Shown here: in pieces, positions 1 through 9,547 of the stretch
Numbering within the stretch: position 1 is the first letter of the stretch
Layout: each line of letters starts with the position of its first letter
Source: Eubacteriales bacterium
GTDB taxonomy: Bacteria > Bacillota > Clostridia > Oscillospirales > CAG-272
Length of the DNA stretch: 51,561 bases
Reading direction: 5' to 3'
Assembly: GCA_045602205.1 (NCBI GenBank)
Contig: JAZSBF010000026.1
Location: 1 to 51,561, forward strand
Made by a program: the position numbers and the translations under genes
Notes under the pieces: model-generated
Database searches by the model: none
What the model was told of the DNA's origin: nothing
What the model saw: the letters and a program-made list of their open reading frames with translations, nothing else

Positions 1-114
1 TATATTTTTTTATTATTTTTTCCTAAAATTTTATTTTATACCCTTTTTTTATGTGCGATTTATCAATAGTTTCTGCATATATTATGTCATAAATTTATCG
101 CATTATTCCTTTCA

Positions 115-145
115 AGCACAAAAAGGAGAGCATTTACTCTCCTTT
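115..145 (-). terminator. Candidate intrinsic terminator after holA
   Basis: 9-bp stem AAAGGAGAG/CTCTCCTTT (122-130 / 137-145) with a 6-nt loop. On the minus strand it runs into a short U-rich stretch. It overlaps the holA stop codon. Confidence 0.45.
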
Positions 146-1175
146 AAAATGCACATATAAGCTTTTCTATTGCCATATATCCCTGCGGCGATAGCTTCAA
201 GGCACTGTCTGCCTCGGCGCAAAGCTCGAGCGCGCGCTTCAACCTTTTCAGACTCTTTCCCGATGCGCCCGACATATACACCTTGACTCTGTACTCATTC
301 ATCTTAAACGCAGACGCTATCTCGGCTGAGGACTTTCCCTCGTCAAGCATGGCTTTTACAGCAAACAGGTCGCACACTACCTTTGATACCTCTGACAAAA
401 TAATTATCGGGTCTACCCTGCGGAATTTCATAACCGACAGCGCGTCAAGAGCAACATCATACTTGCCGTCAAGTATAGCATTTGCAAGTGCAAAGGTATC
501 CGTGCTTATTTCGGCTATCGAAACCTTTTTCACGTCGTCAACGGTCACCTCGTCCCTGCCGTTCCACAAGACGTAGTACGAAAGCTTATCTGTCTCCGCT
601 GCAAGCGTGAACATTGAAGCTCCGCAATAATTTATCATAAACGAACAGACCTCTATCGACGCCTTTACTCCGTTGTGAGCAAAATGCTTCCCTACCCACG
701 ATACAAGTCTTGAGGGAGATATCGCTTCAAATCTTACGGGGGTCAGATACTTTGAAAGTCGGGTCAAAACCGCCGACGGTCTTTTGGGGAGATTTCCTTC
801 ATCGAGTCCCCCTGCGGGCACTGAAATTATAAGAACGTTATAGTCGTATTCCGAAAGTGTTTCAAGAACGTCGCAAAGGTCGTCTATCTCGGACGGCTTC
901 ATAGAATCTATACTGAGCCCGTTCACCGTAATCACTTTCTTTTCAGCCATCATTGGAAATGGCATCAAGGCATCAAGCAGGGCTGGCGCGCTGTAATCAA
1001 GCGCGTCTATTTTCATATCGTTGAATATTTCAAAGCTCTTATCCTCGCAAACAGCGTCTCTTGCGGCTTTGAGTGAAAAGGCTTTAAGATAATCTTCCTC
1101 GCCAAAAAAAAGATATCCGCCCGAAAGTCCGCCCTTAAGCTGCTTTCTGAAGCCGTCTTCTTTTATTATCTCCAC
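144..1175 (-). CDS. holA: DNA polymerase III subunit delta
   Basis: 343-aa ORF. The N-terminus 'GGYLFFGEEDYLK...' and overall length and layout are typical of HolA. Confidence 0.8.
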   Translation of the reverse strand: MEIIKEDGFRKQLKGGLSGGYLFFGEEDYLKAFSLKAARDAVCEDKSFEIFNDMKIDALDYSAPALLDALMPFPMMAEKKVITVNGLSIDSMKPSEIDDLCDVLETLSEYDYNVLIISVPAGGLDEGNLPKRPSAVLTRLSKYLTPVRFEAISPSRLVSWVGKHFAHNGVKASIEVCSFMINYCGASMFTLAAETDKLSYYVLWNGRDEVTVDDVKKVSIAEISTDTFALANAILDGKYDVALDALSVMKFRRVDPIIILSEVSKVVCDLFAVKAMLDEGKSSAEIASAFKMNEYRVKVYMSGASGKSLKRLKRALELCAEADSALKLSPQGYMAIEKLICAF

Positions 1176-1287
1176 AGTCTCTGCCCCCTTTCTTCGATGA
1201 TTACCTAGTTATTATACCATTTACCTCCGAATAAGTCAAGGGGCTGAACAACTCAGCCCCCCGGTCTATTCAACTGTGTCAATTATG

Positions 1288-1746
1288 TCAATCCTCTATT
1301 CCGTCGATAGCCTTAAGGTCATCCTCGGATACGATACACTCAAACTTTTCTCCGCAAGCGGGGCAGATGAGGTCTTCGGGATCGATAGTTTCATCGAAGC
1401 AAACGGTCTCACCGCAAGAAGGACAGTCTATCTCAAAATAGTCGTCCTCGTCAAAATCGCAATCACAGTCGCAATCGTCGCAGTCGCCGTCACAGTCAAA
1501 ATCATCGTCCTCGCAGTCACAATCGCACTCTGCAAGGCACTCCTCAACTGTTCCGAGATCCTCGTCTATCTCCTCGATGTAATCGTTGAGATATTCGATG
1601 TCCTCCTCCATATCGGATATGGTCTCGGCCATATCGGAAACAAGATCAAGAAGAGCGGAAATGATCTTACCTTCTTTTGTTTTTGCGTCTATCTCAAGTC
1701 CTTCTGCAAGTCCCTTGATGTACGCTGCTTTTTCATTAAGTGTCAT
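1288..1746 (-). CDS. Acidic Cys/Asp-repeat zinc-ribbon protein (CD1247-N-domain-like conserved hypothetical, efp-linked)
   Basis: 152 aa. Helical acidic N-terminus, a central (Cys-Asp)n tract 'CDCDCEDDDFDCDGDCDDCDCDCDFDEDD', and a C-terminal CPSCG...CPACG zinc ribbon. It lies immediately downstream of efp. Confidence 0.6.
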   Translation of the reverse strand: MTLNEKAAYIKGLAEGLEIDAKTKEGKIISALLDLVSDMAETISDMEEDIEYLNDYIEEIDEDLGTVEECLAECDCDCEDDDFDCDGDCDDCDCDCDFDEDDYFEIDCPSCGETVCFDETIDPEDLICPACGEKFECIVSEDDLKAIDGIED

Positions 1747-1759
1747 AAAACACCTCCGA

Positions 1760-2317
1760 TTATACTCTGGAGAGATATTCGCCTGTTCTGGTGTCTATCT
1801 TAAGAGTGTCACCCTCGTTTACAAAGAGCGGAACCTTGATAACAGCTCCTGTCTCAAGAGTTGCAGGCTTAAGTGTGTTTGTTGCTGTGTTTCCCGCAAA
1901 TCCGGGATCGGTCGCAGTAACTACAAGCTCAACAAACGTGGGAGGCTCAACGTCAAATACGTTACCCTTGTAGGATACGATCTTACAGAGCATCTCCTCT
2001 TTTACAAACTTGAAGTTGTCGGGAAGCTTATCGCTGTTGAGAGGAATCATATCAAATGTTTCCATATCCATAAAGTAATACAGATCTCCGTCGTTGTAGG
2101 AATACTGCATTTCCTTTCTCTCAATATAAGCATTTTCAAACTTATCAGTAGGGCTGAAAGTTCTTTCAATAACAGAGCCTGTGATAACGTTCTTTATCTT
2201 TGTACGAACGAAAGCTGCTCCTTTTCCGGGTTTTACGTGCTGGAACTCAATAACCTGAAATACGTTACCGTCCATATCAAAGGTTATACCGTTTTTAAAA
2301 TCGCCGGCTACTACCAT
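1760..2317 (-). CDS. efp: Translation elongation factor P
   Basis: 185 aa. '[41 protein letters not shown]' is canonical EF-P, including the KPGKG loop. Confidence 0.95.
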   Translation of the reverse strand: MVVAGDFKNGITFDMDGNVFQVIEFQHVKPGKGAAFVRTKIKNVITGSVIERTFSPTDKFENAYIERKEMQYSYNDGDLYYFMDMETFDMIPLNSDKLPDNFKFVKEEMLCKIVSYKGNVFDVEPPTFVELVVTATDPGFAGNTATNTLKPATLETGAVIKVPLFVNEGDTLKIDTRTGEYLSRV

Positions 2318-2381
2318 TTTTATTTACCTCCAAAATTAATTTTCACTTTGCATATCGATAATATGCATTAAAATACAGTTT

Positions 2382-2410
2382 ATTTTACTACATTTTTTGA
2401 ATAATTGCAA
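2382..2410 (-). promoter_or_regulatory. Sigma-A-type promoter candidate for efp
   Basis: On the minus strand: TTGCAA (2410-2405), 17-nt spacer, TAAAAT (2387-2382), about 60 nt upstream of the efp start. Confidence 0.4.
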
Positions 2411-2578
2411 GTACTTTTTCAAAAAAACATACAGTTTCTCCTATTTTTCATACAAAATCACAATTTTGGAAGAAAAATAGGCTGATATAGCGTCATAAAA
2501 AAGCTGTTCCAAAAAAATCTCTTCTCTTTCACCCTTGTTTTTATTGACCGCAGCAAGATCTTTTCTCAAAAAAATCCA

Positions 2579-2607
2579 TTGACAAAAATTTGAATTTATA
2601 TTATAAT
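2579..2607 (+). promoter_or_regulatory. Consensus sigma-A promoter for the yicC-remA-gmk-rpoZ-priA... operon
   Basis: TTGACA (2579-2584), exactly 17 nt, TATAAT (2602-2607), 40 nt upstream of the yicC ATG. Confidence 0.55.
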
Positions 2608-2646
2608 AAATTATATATATCTATTTGTTAAAAGAGGTTTTCGCAA

Positions 2647-3534
2647 ATGATAAAAAGTATGACGGCTTTTGGCAGAGCCAGAGCCACTGTTGACGGCAAG
2701 GATATAACCGTCGAAATAAAATCGGTAAACAACCGTTTCTTTGACTGCTCGGTCAAGCTTCCCCGCGCGTTTTCTTTTCTTGAGGAAAAGGTAAAACCGC
2801 ATCTTCAGGCTCATTCGATATCCCGCGGAAAAGTCGACGTTTTCGTATCAATAGACGTTGTGGATACCCCCGATATAAATATTGAGATAGACGAGGGATA
2901 TGCGGGTCAGTATATCTCGGCGCTCCGTCTGCTCGGAGAAAAATTTGACCTTCGTGACGACATCTCGATAATGAGAGTGGCACAGAATAAGGGAATATTT
3001 ATTGAGACTAAATCCGAGGACGACGTCGAAAAGGACTGGCAGGCTCTCGCGAGCGTCCTTGACGTTGCAATCGAAAAATTCCTCGACGCGAGACGCCGCG
3101 AGGGCGAAAATATCGAGCGCGATCTCGTGGGAAAGATAGAATCTATCAGCCGCTATGTCGATGAAATAGACGCTCTTTCTGCCGATGACACTCGTTCCTA
3201 CCGTCAAAAGCTTGAGGAAAAGCTACGCGATATGCTTGCGGATAACCGCATCGTATTCGATGAAAACAGAATACTTACAGAATGCGCCATATTTGCGGAT
3301 AAGATAGCTATCGACGAGGAGCTTGTTCGTCTGCGTTCGCATTTTGACGGCTTCCGTTCTATTCTCGAGTCCGACGAGCCCGTCGGTCGCAGACTCGACT
3401 TTCTCGTTCAGGAGCTCAACCGTGAGATAAACACGATAGGCTCAAAATCCTCTAACGCCGCTATAACACGCAAGGTCGTGGACGTTAAGTGCGAGATAGA
3501 AAAGATAAGAGAACAAATTCAGAACATAGAGTAA
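2647..3534 (+). CDS. yicC: YicC/YloC family endoribonuclease
   Basis: 295 aa. 'MTAFGRA...ITVEIKSVNNRFFD' at the N-terminus and '...ELNREINTIGSKS' at the C-terminus are hallmarks of YicC. Confidence 0.9.
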   Translation: MIKSMTAFGRARATVDGKDITVEIKSVNNRFFDCSVKLPRAFSFLEEKVKPHLQAHSISRGKVDVFVSIDVVDTPDINIEIDEGYAGQYISALRLLGEKFDLRDDISIMRVAQNKGIFIETKSEDDVEKDWQALASVLDVAIEKFLDARRREGENIERDLVGKIESISRYVDEIDALSADDTRSYRQKLEEKLRDMLADNRIVFDENRILTECAIFADKIAIDEELVRLRSHFDGFRSILESDEPVGRRLDFLVQELNREINTIGSKSSNAAITRKVVDVKCEIEKIREQIQNIE

Positions 3535-3549
3535 ACACGAGGAAAGACA

Positions 3550-3810
3550 ATGAAGTTCATAAACATAGGATTTGGAAATATGGTAGCTTCGGACAGAGTT
3601 ATAACTATCGTCAGCCCCGACTCTGCCCCTATAAAGCGTCTTATTCAGGACGCTAAAGACGCGGGACGTGTGATAGACGTCTCCTGCGGACGCCGCACAC
3701 GCGCTGTTATCATAACAGACAGCGAGCACGTCATTCTCTCGGCAATACAGTCGGAAACTATCGCAAACCGCCTTGACAGCGGAATCGATGACGCAGACGG
3801 AGAGGAATGA
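3550..3810 (+). CDS. remA: RemA/YlzA (DUF370) biofilm regulator homolog
   Basis: 86 aa. '[68 protein letters not shown]' aligns closely with B. subtilis RemA. Confidence 0.85.
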   Translation: MKFINIGFGNMVASDRVITIVSPDSAPIKRLIQDAKDAGRVIDVSCGRRTRAVIITDSEHVILSAIQSETIANRLDSGIDDADGEE

Positions 3811-3811
3811 T

Positions 3812-4423
3812 ATGGAAAAAGGATTGATGCTTATAATCTCAGGTCCTGCGGGAAGCGGCAAAGGAACTGTCAACGCCCATCTTCTCAAAACAGGCGACTT
3901 TGTTTACTCAGTCTCCGCAACGACACGCGCGCCTCGCCCGGGAGAACAGAACGGAGTAAATTATTACTTTATAACGCGCGATGAATTTCTAACAAGGATA
4001 AGCTCGGATGATATGCTTGAATATACCGAGTACTGCGGAAACTTTTACGGAACTCCAAAAAAAGAGGCTATCTCGGTTCTTGAGGGCGGAAAAAACCTTA
4101 TACTTGAAATAGAGATAGACGGAGCTCATCAGATAAAAGAAAAATACCCCGAGGCTATACTCATTATGCTTCTTCCACCGTCATTCGCCACTCAGGAGCA
4201 ACGACTCAGAGGCAGAGGCACTGAGACCGAGGAAAAGATACTTGAAAGACTTGAGCGCACGAAGGCTGAGCTTTCGGACGTCGACTCCTACGACTATGTC
4301 GTATACAACTACGACGGCGGTGACAAGGATGCCGCGCAAAAGATACTTTCTATCGTTGAAGCCGAAAGAAGCTCGCTTCGCAGAAATCACAACGTAAAAG
4401 AAAACTATTTTAAAAATTTATAA
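3812..4423 (+). CDS. gmk: Guanylate kinase
   Basis: P-loop 'GPAGSGKGT' and 'SATTRAPRPGEQNGVNYYF'. The start is placed at ATG 3812, directly after the remA stop, rather than at the ORF-track start 3773. Confidence 0.92.
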   Translation: MEKGLMLIISGPAGSGKGTVNAHLLKTGDFVYSVSATTRAPRPGEQNGVNYYFITRDEFLTRISSDDMLEYTEYCGNFYGTPKKEAISVLEGGKNLILEIEIDGAHQIKEKYPEAILIMLLPPSFATQEQRLRGRGTETEEKILERLERTKAELSDVDSYDYVVYNYDGGDKDAAQKILSIVEAERSSLRRNHNVKENYFKNL

Positions 4424-4483
4424 AACGACTCTACGTCGCAAACAATATCAATAATATCACATTCTAACCTAAGGAGACGCAAA

Positions 4484-4783
4484 ATGATCTATCCCACAAT
4501 TTCAGAACTCACAAAGGACGAATTCAACCGCTATGAGCTTGCTCTTGCAACAGCAAAGTGCGCTCGTATGATAACAGACGAATACGTAAAGCAGCGCGAA
4601 GCAGCCGAAAAGGCTTCTACGGGAAACAAAGAGGCTGACAAGAGCGTTATCAATACGATAAACAAGGAATACCGCGATGAAAAGGCGGTCAAGAACGCTA
4701 TCAACCGTATCCACAACGGCGAATACACACTTGTCAGAAAGGAAGCTGAAGCTACCTCTTCAGAGGAAGCTGTTGAGGCTTAA
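4484..4783 (+). CDS. rpoZ: DNA-directed RNA polymerase subunit omega
   Basis: 99 aa. 'NRYELALATAKCARMI' is an omega-type motif. It holds the conserved position after gmk. Confidence 0.8.
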   Translation: MIYPTISELTKDEFNRYELALATAKCARMITDEYVKQREAAEKASTGNKEADKSVINTINKEYRDEKAVKNAINRIHNGEYTLVRKEAEATSSEEAVEA

Positions 4784-4813
4784 GCAAGAAAAGATTTTTA
4801 AGGAAGGTCGGCT

Positions 4814-7300
4814 ATGATTTTTGAATACGCCGGAGTACACCTGCTTGATAATCCGTTTTTTCTTGACAACAACTATGACTACTATATTCCGTCAGAACTT
4901 CGGGAATCGGTAGGACGTGGAATGTTTGTGACAGTTCCCTTTGGAACGTCAAACAGAAAATGTCTTGCCGTGGTTACCGAGCTCAGAGAGAAGCCTCTTG
5001 TATCGGGAATAGACTGCAAACCTATATTTTCGGTGTGCAACAACAAGCTCACGCTTTCCGATGAGCTTATAAAGCTTTGCTTTTTTATGAAGGAGCAGAC
5101 GCTTTGTACCTTTGGAGAAGCGGCAAGAGCCGTCGTGCCTGCGTCTGTTCTCTCAAAGCTCGTTGAGATGTATTCCATCTCCCCTGATTTTGACGGCAAT
5201 TTCAAAGAAATTGACGCTCCGACGCTTCTTATTTACGAGTATATTCGTAAAAGAGGAAGCGTCAGCTTTGATTTTCTCAAAAGCAAATTCGGTCCCGCAA
5301 CTGTCGCATCGCTGAGAAAGCTCCGTGAATGCGGGGCTGTTTTTCGTAGCTTCGAGGTCAAGGATAACGAAGGAAAAAGCGAAAATTGCTACTCCTTGAA
5401 CATATCCGAATATGACGCGGCGGCGATCTGCGACGGGAGCGATAAAAAATACCGTCTGCGCTCGCCTATGCATATAGAACTTATTCGCTTGCTCGCCTTT
5501 GCGTCTGCTGAGGTGCGCGAGGATGAGCTTATGTCGCTCTCGGGCGCATCTAAAGCGCAGATAAAATCGGTGCTTGAAAAGGGTCTTATCAAAAAAACTC
5601 TCCGACGCATAGACCGATCGGGAATAGAGGAGTATATCGGTACGCCCAAAGAGGTCATTCTCAACTCAGAGCAACAGGCGGCGCTTGACAGACTCAATGC
5701 TCTTGTTGACACGGGAGAGCCGCGCGCGGCTCTCTTGCACGGAATTACAGGTAGCGGAAAGACCTGCGTTATGATGAAGCTGATAGACCGTGTACTCGAT
5801 GACAAAAGAAGTGTCATCGTGCTTTTGCCCGAGATATCTCTCACTCCGCAGACCCTTGGTATATTCTGCTCCCGCTACGGAAACCGTGTTGCCGTCATTC
5901 ATTCGGCGCTCGGTACAGGAGAGAGATTCGATACCTACAATAAAATAAAAGAAGGCAAAGCAGACCTTATAATCGGTACACGCTCCGCTGTCTTTGCTCC
6001 CCTATCAAACCTCGGTCTTATAGTTATAGACGAGGAGCAGGAGCACACATATAAATCCGATATGAACCCCAAGTATCACGCGCGGGATATCGCGAGATAC
6101 CGCTGCGCATACAATAACGCGCTGATGCTTCTCGCCTCTGCTACCCCCTCTCTCGAGAGCTATCGAAAGGCTGAGGAAGGCAAATACGAGCTTATAAAAC
6201 TTACCGAGAGATTTGGAGATGCCGTGCTTCCCACCGTATCTGTCTGCGATATGAGACCCGAGGCTCAGGCAGGAAACACTTCTCCGCTCTCGAATATGCT
6301 CTGCCGCAAACTTGTCGAAAACAAAAGCTCGGGCGGACAGTCCGTGCTTTTCCTAAACAGACGCGGATACAATAATTTTCTGAGCTGCCGAAGCTGCGGA
6401 GAGGCAATAAAATGTCCTGTTTGCAGTGTTTCTATGACTTATCATACAGTCGGCAACTCATACGACAGCGGTGAGCTTCGCTGTCATTGGTGCGGAAAGA
6501 GACAATCTGTCCCAACAGAGTGTCCGTCCTGCCACAGCCCACATCTTGTAAGAATGGGATACGGCACGCAAAAGGTCGAGCAGGAGCTTTCTTCTCTCTT
6601 ACCCGATGCCTCTGTACTGAGAATGGATACCGACTCGGCTTCCACAAAATACGCCTACGAGGATATGCTCGGCAAATTCCGCCGACACGAAGCGGATATA
6701 CTGCTTGGTACTCAGATGGTCACAAAAGGACACGATTTTCCCGACGTTTCTCTTGTCGGCGTTCTCCTTGCCGATTCCTCTCTCTACCTTGACGACTACC
6801 GCGCAAACGAACGCACCTTCGCTATGATAACTCAGGTCATCGGACGCGCGGGGCGCGCGAAGCGGCGCGGCGAGGCAGTGATACAGACAAACAATCCCGA
6901 ACACGAATGTATAAAGCTTGCCTGCGCGCAGGATTACGAGGCGTTTTACAAAAGCGAGATAAGACTGCGAAAGCTGCTTGTTTTTCCGCCATTCTGCGAC
7001 ATCTGTATGATGACCGTTACCTCGGCTGACGAAAAAGAATTGCTTCGCGCATCGGGAATACTCGCGAAAATGCTAAAAGAGCTATCAGCGACAGATTACA
7101 GCGATGTTCCGCTTATTTGCTTCGGTCCGTTTGAAGCTCCCGTATACAAGGTAGAGAACAAATACCGAATGAGGATAGTCGTAAAGTGTCGACTTAATAA
7201 GCGCTCGCGTACGCTCTTTGGCGAAATACTCACAAGATTTTCACGCTCGGGCGCAAAGGGCATATCGCTCTCGATAGACTTCAATCCATCAAATTTGTAA
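4814..7300 (+). CDS. priA: Primosomal protein N' (replication restart helicase PriA)
   Basis: 828 aa. Walker A 'GITGSGKT', 'DEEQE', and a Cys4/Cys4 zinc module 'CRSCGEAIKCPVCSVSMTYH...CHWCG...CPSC'. Confidence 0.93.
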   Translation: MIFEYAGVHLLDNPFFLDNNYDYYIPSELRESVGRGMFVTVPFGTSNRKCLAVVTELREKPLVSGIDCKPIFSVCNNKLTLSDELIKLCFFMKEQTLCTFGEAARAVVPASVLSKLVEMYSISPDFDGNFKEIDAPTLLIYEYIRKRGSVSFDFLKSKFGPATVASLRKLRECGAVFRSFEVKDNEGKSENCYSLNISEYDAAAICDGSDKKYRLRSPMHIELIRLLAFASAEVREDELMSLSGASKAQIKSVLEKGLIKKTLRRIDRSGIEEYIGTPKEVILNSEQQAALDRLNALVDTGEPRAALLHGITGSGKTCVMMKLIDRVLDDKRSVIVLLPEISLTPQTLGIFCSRYGNRVAVIHSALGTGERFDTYNKIKEGKADLIIGTRSAVFAPLSNLGLIVIDEEQEHTYKSDMNPKYHARDIARYRCAYNNALMLLASATPSLESYRKAEEGKYELIKLTERFGDAVLPTVSVCDMRPEAQAGNTSPLSNMLCRKLVENKSSGGQSVLFLNRRGYNNFLSCRSCGEAIKCPVCSVSMTYHTVGNSYDSGELRCHWCGKRQSVPTECPSCHSPHLVRMGYGTQKVEQELSSLLPDASVLRMDTDSASTKYAYEDMLGKFRRHEADILLGTQMVTKGHDFPDVSLVGVLLADSSLYLDDYRANERTFAMITQVIGRAGRAKRRGEAVIQTNNPEHECIKLACAQDYEAFYKSEIRLRKLLVFPPFCDICMMTVTSADEKELLRASGILAKMLKELSATDYSDVPLICFGPFEAPVYKVENKYRMRIVVKCRLNKRSRTLFGEILTRFSRSGAKGISLSIDFNPSNL

Positions 7301-7329
7301 ATTTTAAAAATAATAAAGGACATACTATT

Positions 7330-7785
7330 ATGGCAAAACTAAAGATAGTAAAGCTCGGAGACGACATACTCAGAAAGGTCTGCCGTCCCGTTGACAAGAT
7401 AACTCCCAGAATACTCACACTTCTTGACGATATGGCTGAGACTATGCACGCGGCTGACGGCGTGGGTCTTGCCGCACCTCAGGTCGGCGTTCTTCGCAGA
7501 ATAGTAGTAATTGAGGTCGAGGAAGGAAATCTTATCGAGCTCATAAATCCAAAGATAATTGCTTTTTCGGGTTCTCAGGAGGACACCGAGGGCTGTCTTT
7601 CCGTCCCCGGAAAATTCGGCACGGTCACAAGACCTATGCACGTTACTGTCCGCGCGCTCAACCGCAAAGGAGAGACCTTTGATATCACAGGCTCGGGTCT
7701 TCTTGCCCGCGCGTTTTGCCACGAGCTTGACCACCTTGACGGTAAGCTCTATATCGATACCGCAAAAGATATAACAGCGAAATAA
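7330..7785 (+). CDS. def: Peptide deformylase
   Basis: 151 aa. Motifs 'GVGLAAPQ', 'EGCLSVPG' and 'HELDHLDG'. Confidence 0.94.
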   Translation: MAKLKIVKLGDDILRKVCRPVDKITPRILTLLDDMAETMHAADGVGLAAPQVGVLRRIVVIEVEEGNLIELINPKIIAFSGSQEDTEGCLSVPGKFGTVTRPMHVTVRALNRKGETFDITGSGLLARAFCHELDHLDGKLYIDTAKDITAK

Positions 7786-7801
7786 TCCTCGGAGGCTTAA
7801 A

Positions 7802-8743
7802 ATGAAGATACTTTTTATGGGAACTCCCGATTTCGCTGTCTTTTCTCTTGACGCGCTTTGCCGCGCGGGAGAGGAGATTATAGGTGTAATAACACAGCCC
7901 GATAAGCCGAAGGGGCGCGGATATACGCTGACTCCACCGCCTGTAAAGGTTTACGCCCAGGAGCGCGGTATTCCCGTCTGGCAACCCGCGACACTGAGAG
8001 GTGAGGAATTTGCATCTCTTCTCAGCGAGTTATCCCCCGAGCTTATAATCGTAGTCGCATACGGCAAGATACTGCCCGAAAACGTTTTGAAATTTGCAAA
8101 GTACGGCTGCGTAAATGTGCACGGCTCGCTTCTTCCCGAATACAGAGGAGCGGCACCCATGCAGAGAGCGATAATCGACGGCAAGAGTACGACGGGTATC
8201 ACAACAATGTATATGGATGTTGGACTTGACACGGGAAATATGATACTCAAAGAAGAGGTCGAGATCGGAGAGAACGACAATTTTGAGGATATTCACGACA
8301 GACTTGGAGCGTGCGGCGCATCTCTCCTTATAAAAACGGTAGAGCTTATCAAAAACGGCTCTGCCCCCTCGATCCCTCAAGACCATTCTCTCTCAACTTA
8401 CGCCGCGAAGATAGAAAAAAGCGACTGCCTTATAAATTTCGACTGCGACGCAAAGACAGCGCACGACCTCATCAGAGGTCTTTCTCCCATACCGCTCGCC
8501 TTCACACACACACCCGACGGAAAGCTCTTGAAGGTGCTTGAGAGCCGTGTAGCGCAAAGCGACAAAGCTTATGCCGACGAGGATATCGGCAAGGTCATCT
8601 CACTTGACGGAGATGCTATCACAGTGGCTTGCAGACACGGAGCAATAAAGCTTTTGCGAGTGCTTCCCGAGGGTAAGGGTCGTATGAGCGCGGCTGATTT
8701 TATCCGCGGAAGAAAAATAGCCTTGGGAGATATCCTCAAATAA
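7802..8743 (+). CDS. fmt: Methionyl-tRNA formyltransferase
   Basis: 313 aa. 'MKILFMGTPDFAV', 'VNVHGSLLPEYRGAAPMQRAI'. Confidence 0.95.
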   Translation: MKILFMGTPDFAVFSLDALCRAGEEIIGVITQPDKPKGRGYTLTPPPVKVYAQERGIPVWQPATLRGEEFASLLSELSPELIIVVAYGKILPENVLKFAKYGCVNVHGSLLPEYRGAAPMQRAIIDGKSTTGITTMYMDVGLDTGNMILKEEVEIGENDNFEDIHDRLGACGASLLIKTVELIKNGSAPSIPQDHSLSTYAAKIEKSDCLINFDCDAKTAHDLIRGLSPIPLAFTHTPDGKLLKVLESRVAQSDKAYADEDIGKVISLDGDAITVACRHGAIKLLRVLPEGKGRMSAADFIRGRKIALGDILK

Positions 8744-8772
8744 TTTAAATAACAAGGAGCAAGGAGTAAAAT

Positions 8773-9471
8773 ATGCTTTTCGGTTGGTTTTATTTCGACT
8801 GGACTGTGCTTATAGTCCTTCCCGCGCTCATTATATCGGTATGGGCGCAGATAAAGGTCAAATCGACCTTCGATAAATATTCAAAAATTCCTACAAAGCG
8901 CGGAATTACAGGCGCTGACGCAGCTCGCCGCGTTCTCAACGAGAACGGACTTTACGATGTGAAGATAGAGCATATACGCGGAGAGCTGACAGACCACTAT
9001 GATCCGCGTGCAAACGTTATTCGCCTCTCCGACGCGGTATATTCATCAACAAGTGCCGCGGCTGTCGGAGTTGCCTGTCACGAGGCGGGACACGCGGTAC
9101 AGCACGCAAAACACTATTTTCCGATAAAGGTGAGAATGACGATAATTCCCTTGACACGATTCGGCTCTATGCTTGCGATGCCTCTGTTCTTCATCGGACT
9201 CTTGCTCGCAACCGATGCCCTTTTGGTAGCGGGAATACTTCTCTATTCCACCGTAACTCTTTTTCAGCTTGTAACTCTTCCCGTTGAGTTCAACGCATCG
9301 GCAAGAGCGCTTCAGGCGATAAAATCATCGGGTATGCTTGACCCCAAGGAATACGAGTCATCTAAAAAGGTGCTTACCGCGGCGGCTATGACCTATGTGG
9401 CGGCACTTGCGACCTCTCTCTTAACACTTCTCCGCTTACTCGTTCTCGCAGGCGGCAGAAGAAGAGATTAA
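8773..9471 (+). CDS. Membrane zinc metallopeptidase (YugP-like)
   Basis: 232 aa. HExxH motif 'CHEAGHAVQH' flanked by transmembrane segments. Confidence 0.8.
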   Translation: MLFGWFYFDWTVLIVLPALIISVWAQIKVKSTFDKYSKIPTKRGITGADAARRVLNENGLYDVKIEHIRGELTDHYDPRANVIRLSDAVYSSTSAAAVGVACHEAGHAVQHAKHYFPIKVRMTIIPLTRFGSMLAMPLFFIGLLLATDALLVAGILLYSTVTLFQLVTLPVEFNASARALQAIKSSGMLDPKEYESSKKVLTAAAMTYVAALATSLLTLLRLLVLAGGRRRD

Positions 9472-9547
9472 AAACTAACGACATAAAATAAATAGGTTTT
9501 ACGGGAGTGATGCGCAGCATATCGCTCCCGTACTAAAGTAGGAAAAT

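Noticed and set aside
1438-1539. Imperfect hexamer DNA repeats considered as a non-coding tandem repeat or mini-array.
   Set aside because: They are in frame within a well-supported ORF and simply encode the (Cys-Asp)n tract. They are reported as a protein feature instead.
3773-3811. Upstream-extended starts in the ORF track (gmk 3773, fhs 18057, tsaE 19762, gatB 35113, HAD 27659, ECF-S 30024, lysK 46241, azlC 47330, LRR 37554, radical SAM 50094, ABC chain 2 42138).
   Set aside because: In each case an internal ATG is preceded by a good RBS at 5-9 nt and coincides with the start of family homology. The extensions overlap the upstream gene, promoter or terminator.
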